The notes under the pieces are model-generated. The model made no database searches. It worked only from the letters and a program-made list of their open reading frames with translations, and was not told the origin of the DNA. From NCBI RefSeq assembly GCF_036321535.1, contig NC_087447.1:52082001-52146000 (forward strand): 64,000 nt of DNA. Reading direction: 5' to 3'. This DNA is from Camelus dromedarius (taxonomy: Eukaryota). A program made the translations under genes and the position numbers. Shown here piece after piece: positions 37,524 through 48,855 of this stretch. The stretch's first letter is position 1. Every line of letters starts with the position of its first letter.

Positions 37524-40148
37524 CTGGCGGACAGAAGAGAGAGAGTGCAATAAGGGGGGAAGCCTCCAAGAGCCTGGAGAATCAGCGTACATAACTAAGT
37601 CAAGCCTATACAGATTTATTAGCCTGTAGCATCTAGCTCTACTGCTGACCATGAGGACATCCAGCCCTCCTTCATCCATCAGTTCCCCCTTCCTTCCAAT
37701 CAGAAGCTGTTCAGGGAGCATCTCCTCTGGGCCAGGTCCTTTTCTGGGTGCTGGAGATACAACAAGGATTCAGACATCATCCCTGCCCTTGAAGAACTCA
37801 TCATTTAGTGGGGAAAGACAGATGTGACAACAAATAACTCCAATCCAATGTGGTGACTAGTGGTCTAAGAGAAGTGACACTAATAGCTATAAGCCAACAT
37901 TTCTTGGTCTTTGAGCTGAATAATTCACATTCATTATTTCATTTGATCTTCACAATAACTTTATACAGTAGGTACACTTATTTTTCTGGTTTTACATCTA
38001 AGGAAACTAAGGCTCAACAAGGTTGTGACTGGCCCGCAGTCATACAACTAGTAAGTATGCAAGCCCACACTGAACCCAGGTCTGTCTGATTCTAGAGGTT
38101 CAGTTCAAGGGCTGTTGGAGTAGGGAGGAGCAAACGCGGCTCAGAACCTCTCGGCCTGGAGGCGGAGGAGCGAAGTGGAGAAGGTGGGGTTCAAGGACAG
38201 GCTCATACTTGAGTTGGGACTTGAAGGAGGAGGAGGTGACGTTAGAGGAATGGCGAGGAATGAATTCTTGGCAAGAAGGCTTAGTAAGATGAAAAGTCGT
38301 GATTTACATAAGCCCTCTTTCCCTGCTTTACTGCTCTCCACCATGTTTATAAATGAATTTCAAGGGGGCCCTAAGCCCCCACAGTGCTTCCTGGGGGCTC
38401 CTTGAGTGCCCCCGCCCTCGGCTGCTTTGGGGGACAGGCTGGGACCTGACTGCTTAGCTACCATCTACCTGGTTCAAGGAGCTCAGGTAGGCCCCAGGGC
38501 CTTATCAGCAACTTAGGGAAATGGCTTTAGAAACAGGCCCATCGGCTTCTCACTGAAATTAAGTCCTCTTTATAATTAATAGAACCCTGTCTGTGAACAA
38601 TTATTTCCTAGAGTTTCATGAAAGCTGGAGTGCTCAACAACAAAGATCTCCAATGCTTGCCAAGGGCAGAAATCAATAATTCATTGACAGGCGAGGTTGG
38701 CAATGGGCCTGCTGTCAGAGGAGGGAGGGAGGGGGTGGAGAAGGGAGCCTGGGGGTAGGGGTGGAGCTGAGGGCTGGAATCAGCCCTGGGAAAACAGTCA
38801 GGGCCAGGGGCAGCTGGGCTGTATGGGGAAGGATGGTGGGGACTGGAGAAGGGCAGAGGGGTAGGACTAGGACAGCAGGGAGAAGATGGGCTTGGTGACC
38901 AGACAGACTTAGGTTCTCATAGCCTTCTGCCACTTTCCAGCTGACCTTGGGCCAGTTTCCCTCTCAACTCCGGTCTCCTCCTCCTGTAAAATGGGGAAGA
39001 AGGCTGAATTCACAGGGTGGTTTATTTTTTTCAACCATCTGTTCATTCAACAAAAGTCTTCCATGCACCTGCTATGTGCAAAGCACTATGCTGGGACAAA
39101 ATAAGACCCAGTACTTGCCCTCTTGGGTCCAGGGTCTAGTGGAGATACAGGAATGAAAATATAATGTGGTGAGTGCTTTGAAAGAGGCTGATATAGGGTG
39201 CCACCAGAGCACAGGCACGGAGAATCACATTCACAGAGTCTAGGTGAAGGAAAGGCTAAGCTGAGGCCTAATGCAATCAGGTTGGAGTAAGAGACATGAT
39301 GTATACGTTTCTGACCACCAGCAGAATGCCTTTTGGCAACCCTGCTTTCCTCCTCTGTCTCTTGTCCCCCTGGACAGGGATTCTCTGGAAGGCCCGGTCT
39401 CTGCCTGATTCATTTCTGCATTCACTGGGCTCCTGAGGCACAGGGCCTGGAAAAGCCAGCTCCTGGTACAGATCTTATGAATGAGGGGGGCAGTGGGAAG
39501 AAGTGAGCAAATGGATGCCTGAAGTGAGGGGGTGGGATGAAACTGTTTTTAAGAATCATGATAGCTGCATAATTCTATGAGTCTTTGAAATTGGGTCATA
39601 AAAGGAAGACAGGGGAAAGTGACATTTTTTTGAACACCTACAGATAGTTCTGGGTTTGAACCCTGCTCTGCTCGATCCTTGCTGTGTGGCCTTGGAAAGC
39701 CTCAAGCATTAAATCTGTAAAATGAGAACAACCATAGCAGGGGATATCTGTGTGTTAATTTACGTAGAATACCTCACCAAGGCTAGCTGCATCAAGCCGC
39801 TCAGAAAAATGCCACCTTTGTATTTAGAATACACCTTCCCTCCTTGTACTTTTGTTCTGGGTTGTGACAAAGGCTCCTTGTTTCTTGGGAACTCCAAACT
39901 CAGTGTAAGACACAAAACTCCTTAATTTGGCTTGTGAGGGTCTGTGTGCTGTTAACAGCTGGGTCCACAGTGACTTGCCAGTGGTGGGGTTATTAAGTAT
40001 TCACGGAACAATTTCTGGCAGGCACTGTGAACATACAACATCCGTTTCTATCATCGGCCCAAGCTTTCCTGAAAGGCTGGTGGGGCCCACCTCTGTAATG
40101 TCTGGATGGCCTGAGGGGTGGGCTGCCAGGTGGCCAGGTGTGAATTAC

Positions 40149-40291
40149 CTTGCTGTTGTCCCATTCCTGAGTTTTCATCTGTGTGTGGACCAGCTCATAG
40201 GATGGTTCCATGGCATCCACGTCTGGCTTGGGGTAGCCAGGAATCACATTGTGAAGTTGGAATCCGAAGGTGAGGAGCCAGCTGTTGACAT
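40149..40291 (-). CDS. TENM4: Teneurin-4 penultimate exon ([10 protein letters not shown]...EWDNSK)
   Basis: Acceptor cacccag, donor gtaatt; 143 nt, phase 1 to 0. Confidence 0.95.
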
Positions 40292-43029
40292 CTGGGTGGG
40301 AAAAAAGCAAAAACATCCCCCCTGGAGTCAGTGGACTTTGGATGTGACACATCCCAAGAAAGCAGCATACTGTTAGGCTGGGGTGAGGGTGAGGACAGGG
40401 AGGGCTGCTGGTGGCAGAGTCAACTGGTACAAACATGCTGGAAACTGTTTCACAATATGGAAGCCGGACAGGCTCTTGGGACCGAGAGTCCCCTACTAGG
40501 GATGTATCTGCGAGAGACGTCATGTAAGTAGAACCAAGGTTTCCAGACTCCCCTTTCTACTGCCATTCTACCCCTGGGACCTTCAGCTTCATAGCCAGGG
40601 GCAGCTGCTGATGGATGAAGACTCCTCCACATCTACCCCCAACATCAATAGGAGACATTTACAGAGGGCATCACACCCAAAGGAAGGATGTTAATGAATG
40701 ACTTTCAAAGAGAAAATTCACTTAAGAGACAAACTCTCCCTCCTTTCGTACTTTTTTTTGGGTGGGGGGCAGAGATTAGAGCTTCAGGGCCAGCGTGCAT
40801 CCCGTCTCCCACATCCTGCCTTTTATCTACTCTGACATTCCAAGGAAGGCACTTAACCGCCCTGTGCCTTCCTTTCCCAGTCTTTATATTGGGTTTGAGG
40901 ATCTAGCCTCATAGGCATGGGATTTGTTGGTTTTATAACATCCCTGGGGGGTTCCTAATGATAAAACATCAGGTGTAGAGACAGGTGGGATATTGTCATG
41001 AGGATCTGGCTCATTGAAGACCGGAATCAGAAAGCCAAGGCATAAGGAAAAGAAAGAGGGTGGAGGGTGTGCCATCAGTTACCTGGCCTGCTCTGGCTGG
41101 GTGCCTTTTATGTGCCTAGCACAGCTGTCACAGACCCTCAGGACCCTGAAGGGGATACGAGACGTAGGCATAGATAACTGTGACACAAGAGAAAGGTCAA
41201 GAGGAGGGCAGAAGTCTTTGGGTTGCACTGGCTGACAAGTCTTCATGAGGACGATGGCCTTTAAGCCAGACACTGAAAGCGCTGTAAATTTTGTCAGGCT
41301 TCAACAGAGATGAAGGGGCACCCCAGGCAAAGGCCACTGTATAAGACAAGGTCTGGAGAGGGGAGGTGAATCTTAGGAGTGTTCAGGTTCAGCAAGGCAG
41401 AGAGAGAACCACAAAGGAAAACCGTGGCTGGAGCAGGAGGAGCCTGGGCTGGTGGGTGGGAGGTGATTGGGGATCTACAGGAGAGAGACAGAAAATCTGT
41501 GTCCCAGCATGGCTCAGCCTTCCTTGGGAAGAGGCAGCTGAAGATGCCAAAGCAGCTATTGACCAGAGACTCAAATCCAAAGTCTGGAGAAGGCAGGGTT
41601 TGGAGCTGAGCCTCAGAGCCAGCAACTCCAGGCTGTGGACATCCAGGCCTACTACTGGCTTCTTCCAAAGCAGGCAGATCCCCGGTCAGGGAGCTTCTTA
41701 GAGTCCAGACATCAGTGGAACAGTCTTCCCCTACGACCCACTGAGTTCATCCCAGTGATGGGAATGCCCTTTGGGGTCAACAATTGTGTCCCTGTCTCCA
41801 CTGCATCCCATGTTGCGTTTCCATTCAAGAACCTCTGATTTGCCTTTTTCTTTCCCGATTCTTTTTTGTTTGTTTGTTTTGGGATGTTTCAGAGCCCCTC
41901 TCTCGGGTTTGAAGCCTGGAGGTGCTGAGGTGGAGGGGTGGTAGAAAGGGAAGCTTGGAAACCCAGGTTCTACTTCTAGAAAGATCATATAAGGGAAGGA
42001 ACATGGTGAGGGAAGTCAAAACCTAGGTCCAAACTCTGGCTCCTCAACTTGCAAACTGTGTGACTTTGGACAGTCTCCTTAACCTCTCTGAGGTTCAGTT
42101 TCCTTATCTGCAAACTGACGGGAGAAATGGTTTTCACCAAGTCATGGAGAAGAATACTACCAGTGTTACCATTTGGGGGCAGCCGTCGCCTAGGAACCAT
42201 TCTGTTTGTTACATAAATGATTGGATTTAATATATTTTGAAGTGTCCATCTTGGTTCCTGGCTCATATAAGGTTTTCTGTGTTTCCTCAAACCATGCCTC
42301 CATGTCCCTGGTCCTCCATTTTCTCATTTGTAGCATGAGGCGCCTAGACCAGATTTCCTCCAAAGTCCCATTCCTTACTGAGTTTCTAAGAATCTCTGAT
42401 TCTATGAATCTTGGCAGATGGTTCTTTGGGAAATTAAAACAAACAGAATGGGTTGGGGGGGTGGGAACCCTAAAAAGCCATTTTGCCTGAGGCTGAGAAC
42501 TTGCATCTGAATTTGTAGTTACAAAGGAATGGTTCTATAAGGAATACTGCAAATTCCCAGGACACCAGGGGGCTGAAAAGAGGCCTGGGTCTTAATTATA
42601 GTGATGGAAGGTGGGAAATTTTCTCACTTATGCCTTTAGGAAAAATGCTGAAAACTGATTTTTCATCGGTTTTTCTACTGTGCTTTTCTGAGGAGTTGGG
42701 AGTTTTACTCTTCTTTCCTATGACATCAGAGGTAGACATTTCCCTCAAGTTAAAAAGCTCTTTACCCATCCGTCCCAGACATTAGTGTGGCTGCCTAGGA
42801 CAGTGATGAATAATAATAACCCCTTCCACGCATGCAGAGCTTTGCACTTTATGGGGAGAATTCGAATCTAAGAATGAGGATTTTGGAGTCAGACATAGCA
42901 GAGTTCTAACCCCAGCCTTGCCACCTCTTGTTAGGCCGGTTACTTTCCCTCTCTGACCCTCACCTTCCCTCTCTGTAAATGGGGTCAATCGTCCCCATCT
43001 CAGAGGCTTCAAGTTAGGGTTAAGTGCAA

Positions 43030-43182
43030 TATTGTACTGTACAGCACAGGGAACTATATTCAGTATCTTGTAATAACCTATAATGAAAAAGAATATGAAA
43101 AGGAATATATATATATCTGAATCACTATGCTGTACACCAGAAACACAACATTGTAAATCAACTATACTTCAATTAAAAAAAA
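43030..43182 (+). mobile_element. Very short L1 3' end insertion
   Basis: L1 3'UTR terminus plus A tail; TSD AAGTGCAA at 43022-43029 and 43183-43190. Confidence 0.85.
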
Positions 43183-43202
43183 AAGTGCAACAGTGTACAC
43201 CA

Positions 43203-43540
43203 TGTCAGTGGTGGACATTTGTAGGCTGCCTTCCTAGTGTCCCATTCGGCCTTCTCACTCTCTTTCTGGGGGATCCGTGTACTTTTAGGGAAGCTGACTC
43301 CACATAAAGGCTCAGCACTGGAGCATGTGACCTAGGCTAAGCCAACTAGTGCACTCTGTCTCCCCAGCCATGGTGACTGGGTCAGGGCTTGTCATGTGAC
43401 CTGAGCCTCTGCAGTATAGGCTTAAGACCCTATAGTGGAGTATAACCCAGGACCCTTGAAGAAATTTTTGGAACAAAGATGCCCTTTTTATTGCTGTTTT
43501 TTCTGGCTGTGAATGAGGTTGCACATAGCCCACGTGGAAG
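43203..43540. mobile_element. Probable MaLR (MLT1-type) LTR fragment
   Basis: Motifs catgtgacctaggctaagccaa and gtcatgtgacctgag, typical of old MLT1 elements. Confidence 0.45.
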
Positions 43541-45515
43541 CTGAATGGCCGGGTTTCATAAGAATTAGTAGTATCTTGGTTTTTCGTACTAAAATTGTTC
43601 TTTGTACCATTCTTTCTTCAGCTACAGTAACCTATAGGAAACTCATTGGAGGCTGAGGCAGGGGGCGTGCTGTCTGCAGGAAATGTCCTCTCAATCTGTT
43701 AAGTTTTTCTGGGGCTGGTAGCTAGCTGAGCACTGTGAACACTGAAACCTGGTTGGGATATTCCTGTGCATCCACAGGCCCCAAGCATGCTTTCATCACA
43801 CCTGCTCACCACTGTGTCCTCTCTTCTTCCCCACTCTTGGGACTCCTGCTCTCACCATGACCACCTGGAATTCTTCCCTGAAAGAAGAATCCTCTAACTG
43901 CTGTCAGCAGAAACTGGTCCAGACGGAGCCACCAGGAAGCCACCATGCCCCTAAAGGGCACGCATGCAGCTGTACATGCTGCCCTCTCTGCACCATTGCG
44001 CGTGCAGTGCCCTCCCCCTGGACTGCCTTTCTCCCTGTTACCTGGTGAATGTCCCCTCTAGGCGGGCCTCACACGTCAGCTGCTTCTAGGACAGAGCCAG
44101 CTGTGCCTCCTGTGTTTCACTGGCCATCAGTGCAGACCTTCATCGTGGGCCCCTCACACTGGACAGCAGTTGTCCATCTCGCCTCTTGCAGGGTGAATTC
44201 CTGAAGGGCAGGGATCATCTTTCTATCCCCAGTGCTTAAAACAGTGGCTGCACAGAGGAGGCCTTCGTACAATGAATGAAACTGCCTTAACATGGGCGCA
44301 GGAAGACTGCGTCACAGGACACAAGAGGGGGAGACAACCAGGTTCACAAGTTGCCATGCCCGACTTTTGCCCACCAAAAGCTCTCTTCTATAAAAAGTGA
44401 TGGTTTTATTCAGACCTGAATCGCCACAGCTGCTCTAACTCCTGAGGTCTTCTGTGGCTAGCCTGGCAGTGGCTGCTTGCTGCAGCGAGGCTGCTGAAGA
44501 CATTGCTGGCATGTATGAACTACGGGACACTTTATGCTCAAGTTGGCCTCACAGTAGTGAAGACCAAAGCCCACTTCTAAAATCAGAGGGCCAGGGAAAG
44601 GGAACCTACACGCGGCACGTGCTGTGCTAGGCAGGTTATAAGCTGTGCCTCATTTCCCCCTGGCCACCGTCCTACTGGGTGGGTTTTTTGCTTTTTTCTA
44701 TTTGTCCATCTGTTCTTTGTTCCTTTCCCCCCTCTTTTGTCATCCTTTTTGGATTACTATTTTAGTCTTCATTTTATCTCCACTATTGACTGATTGGCTC
44801 TGCCTCTGTTTTCTCTCTTGGTAGTTGCTCTAGGATTTATAATATGCATATTTAACTTATCAGAGGCAGGGGAGGTATTCTATCTTCAATTTATAGATCA
44901 GGAAACTAGAATTCAGAGGAAGTTAAGTTAATTTTGTGACTGTCATAACTTAGAAATGATGGGTCCTTCACCCAGTTCTGTCTCTAAATGTCTGAATTTT
45001 CCATTACATCATCCCAAGTAAGAAAACTGAATTCTTTTTTCTTTCTTTCTTTTTCTTTTTTGCCATAACTTCACCAAACTTATCAGGGACTCATCACCAG
45101 CCTGATCTCTAGGTCAGAGACTCTCAAAGTGCATTCCAAGGGATGCATCCAGTGGGATATTAGGGTTTCACGGTGAAAAAGGGGGTTTCATGGTCAGAAA
45201 GACTTGAGAAATAGTGGGTAATTACATGAAACAGGTCTCCTTACTACAGGACTTCTCAGGGCCTTTCATAAGCTGAAATGTACTATGAAAATGCAAGAAT
45301 GGTGGTTGTCCTGTCAAATTGATTTGATGCCAAAACCAGTTTTTCCAGAGCATTTCTCTGAACTAGTGTTTCTTCAAAAATACTTTGGAAAATACTGCTC
45401 TAAGGGAAAGTCAGTGTTTCCCATTACCCGACACTGGCTTTCTCGAGGTGGACTGTCTTGTCAGATGGCCAGAGTAATCGTGGTTCCAGCCCTCTGAACA
45501 AGCCCTGATCCTCAC

Positions 45516-47130
45516 CTGTCATGAAGCACTTGATGTCCTGAGAGTTGCTGATAGGGTTGTTGTTTTTAAACATATAGAGATTAAAAGGCATGATATTGCT
45601 GCTACTAAGGTGCTTCCACAACTCGTGGTCGGGGCTAGTCCAGCGACCAGCCAGCACGTCGTAATCCCGCCGGCCCATGTGGACGAGCTTGGTGAGTGGA
45701 TCGTAGAGGCCCCCGTGGTAGCCGATGATGATCTGGAAGTTGGGGTTGGTGTCCATGTAGATCTCCCCGTAGGCCGTGTACAGGATCTGCTTGATCATCA
45801 AGCCCGTTCCACTGAAGACAGCAAGAGGGGTCCCGATGTTGTCACAAGCTATGTAAAACTCATCTCCGCTGCTCAGCTCCATGGCGAAGAGGTGTCCTTG
45901 CAGGTCGTAGTAGAGGGATGTGATCTCAGAGCTGGAGTGGTTGTAGAGGTGGGTGACCTTGGTGGGGTTGGTCAGGTCTGCATAAAAGAACTGCAGGTGG
46001 TGGCTGTGGCTGCTCTTGCTGGACACCCGCCGCCCCAGGCCATCATAGCGGTACCTGACGCTCCAGCCACCACCCCGGTTGTAGGCCTTGATGAGCAGCC
46101 CTGCTGAGTTGTACTCAAAGACATCACTGCCCCGCTGCCTCAGGAAACCATCCTCGTCCATCTTGTACTGCAGGTCACCCAGCCTGGTGATGCGGTCCCG
46201 GAGGTCGTACCGTAGTGGGGTCAGCCGTGCACTGTTCCCCGGGCTCAGTAAGTGCAGGTTCCCATTGAGGTCATAGCTGTAGCGCCACAGTGGCTTATCA
46301 TTGATGGAGACCGTCTGCAGCTGGCCGTCGGCATCGTACTCATAGGAATAGCGAGTGGTGTTGGCGTAAGGTCCCACCTTCAGCTCTTTCTTCACGACTC
46401 GCCCCATGTTATCATACTGGACGGTCATCCAGTACATGAGAGAGCGGAAGATCTCATATTGGACTTCCTTCATCCGGCCGTACGCATCGAAGTGCTTGGT
46501 GTGGGTCATGACCGCTGTGGTGATGATCTGGTTAATGTCATAGTAGATGACTCCAAACTTCCCAAACTGCTCAGTCTTGCCCGACACGTCATCATAGCGA
46601 TAGAGATCGATGGGCAGCGGCGTCTCGTTGATCACGGCCTGCATGCTGGTCACGCGGAAGCTGTTGTCATAGTTGTAGTCAAAACGGGCATTGACCATGC
46701 CTTCCTCAGTGAAGCGGAAGATCTGGCGGTCTATCAGAGGCCCGATCTGACGGTAGCGGATGGTGCAGGTGAAGCCCTCGTTCTGCAGGTTGATGGTCTT
46801 CAGCATGCCGGCGGCCTCATCGTAGGTGAAGCTCACCTTGGTGGTGTCGTACAGCATCTCAGCTAGCTTGGACAGCCTGCCATACTTGTACATCACCCTG
46901 CGGCCAGTGCCCAGGTAGAAGGTGTGGAGGAGGTGCCCATCCTCAGTGAAGTCCTGGATGACTGAGGCGTTGCCCTCGGGGGGCTGGTAGATGTTCCTGT
47001 AGTAACCCACTGAGCGGATGGTCTCCAGCGTCTGCCGGGCCACATTGGGCATTGTCACAGAAGAGAGGCGGTCGTTCTTGTCGAACTCGAAGATATACTG
47101 CCTCTGGCTGTGGAGGAGCAGCACCATGGA
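45516..47130 (-). CDS. TENM4: Teneurin-4 large exon encoding most of the YD/RHS shell (SMVLLLH...IKCFMT)
   Basis: 1615-nt open exon inside the 600-aa ORF; many YD repeats and an RHS-core-like segment (YHGGLYD...[14 protein letters not shown]...YMFKNNNP); acceptor ccctgcag, donor gtgagg. Confidence 0.97.
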
Positions 47131-48558
47131 CTGCAGGGAAAGAAAACCAACAGATGAGAGGAGGGTGCTGGGGAGGAAGGGTAGGTCTGTGAGCCCAAGA
47201 CTTAAAGGAAAGGAGTGAGAGGCCAAGGAAGCTGGTGGTTCTAAGTTATGCCCAGACCAGAGCTTTCCAACCAGTGCATCCTAGGATGCTGCAGTGGTGT
47301 ACAGGTGTGCTAAGAGAAGGACTTCACTCTGCCCTTGGCCCTGGCCTCAGAGCTCTCAGGCCATTTGCTTTCCCATGGTGAGAAGCCTTGTCGGCCCCTT
47401 TGCGTTTGGTTCAAAAATGGTAACTTCAGTGTGTGATGGGGTACAAGAAAGGTTGGGAACACTGGTCTAAAAGATCTGCAGCAGCCTCTCTCCTGGATTC
47501 CTTGCTACAGATTCCTTCTCAGATCAATCTTCCTACTCAAGCAAGAATGGTTATCCTAAAACACAGCCTGACAATGTCTATTGCCAGACAACTTCTGTTG
47601 ACTCCCTATGGCCTACAGGATAAAGACATATCTGAGAAAGGTGTTTCAGGTTTTGCATAATTGTTTATGTAATAACAGGTCATATGCCCACCCTAGGGTA
47701 GGGTGGGCTGTGATGGGAATGGAGAAACCTGGTTTCTAATAATAGACCCACTGTGTGGCCCTGAGAAAGTCCTTTCCCTCTCTGGGTTTGGTTTTTCAGT
47801 GTTTGAATGACCTCCAAGGTCTCTCTTGGTTCTACCACAGAACACTGCTCTCAGAGATGAGAACATCACACGGAGTAGGGAAGATATCACAGATCAGGCA
47901 GAGCCTGGGCCCTGGACAGGTGACCAGGAGCAGAATACAAAGTAAGGATCTGGGTACCAGAATCAGGGCATGAAATACAGACTGTTGCAGGAATAAGCCA
48001 GCAGATAACAGGCCAGAGGCATCTGGGCATCAAAGTCACTATTTTCTCTTATTTGGGACCAACTTTTGATTTCAGACTTTTTCTGGTTCTTAGTCTAGGG
48101 GATGAAATGAATCCTGAGCTGAAGCAGAAGGGACTTACCAAGGCCACACCTAGGACTTAAAGCTCAGGATTAAGCACTTCTTGCTTAATACTGATCCCCA
48201 GGCTTCTGCCTTGTTCTCTGTGTACCCTTGACCTGGGAGCAGACCTCTGCCTGGGTCCAGACCCCAAATCCTGCTCCAGAAGTGTTTGGGCCTGATCCTA
48301 GCTCCAGCCCATCAGGTGGGACCTTCACATTCTCCGGCCCCAGGACCCCTCACTTGCCACACCACCACCATAATCCATTCAGACAACCCCCGGGGCCCCC
48401 TGGTCCCCTGATGCAGATTTTCCTGAACATTTCCTTTTGGAGACCACATGGGTCAGATCTACCCCAATGAGGTCAGCAGGTTGGCCTGGCCACAAGTGAG
48501 CCACTGTGGTCGGTCTTCTATATGGTGAGGCCAGTGATGGAGGGAGACAGACACCTGC

Positions 48559-48855
48559 CTTCTCTAAGTACGTGTAGCTCCACGTCTTCCCGTCAGCGAA
48601 GATCCGAGACGTGATGCGACCCGCCTGGTCGTATTCCATCCTCTCAGACATGATGCCCCTCTGGACGCCGGCAATGTGGCCCCCCGGGGAGTACGTGACA
48701 TTGACGCCGTTCAGCCTGCTGCTGGGTGACCAGAGGCTGGGCCGTCCTGCCTGGTCGTACAGGATCCGGAGGGTAAACTTGCGGTGGTCGTCATAGATCT
48801 TCTCTGTGCGTGTCACGCGGTCAAAGTCCAGGGACAGGAGGTTCCGATTGTGAAC
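48559..48855 (-). CDS. TENM4: Teneurin-4 coding exon ([14 protein letters not shown]...TWSYTYLEK), GC donor
   Basis: Acceptor ccccag; 297 nt, phase 0/0; only the donor AAG|GCAGGT keeps frame with the next exon (SMVLLLH). Confidence 0.92.

Noticed and set aside
45610..46866. Plus-strand ORFs of 165 and 204 aa (also 36870-37385)
   Set aside because: Antisense shadows of TENM4 coding exons.
45424..47226. Bacterial RHS toxin or contamination
   Set aside because: Spliced, embedded in mammalian repeats and clearly teneurin-4.
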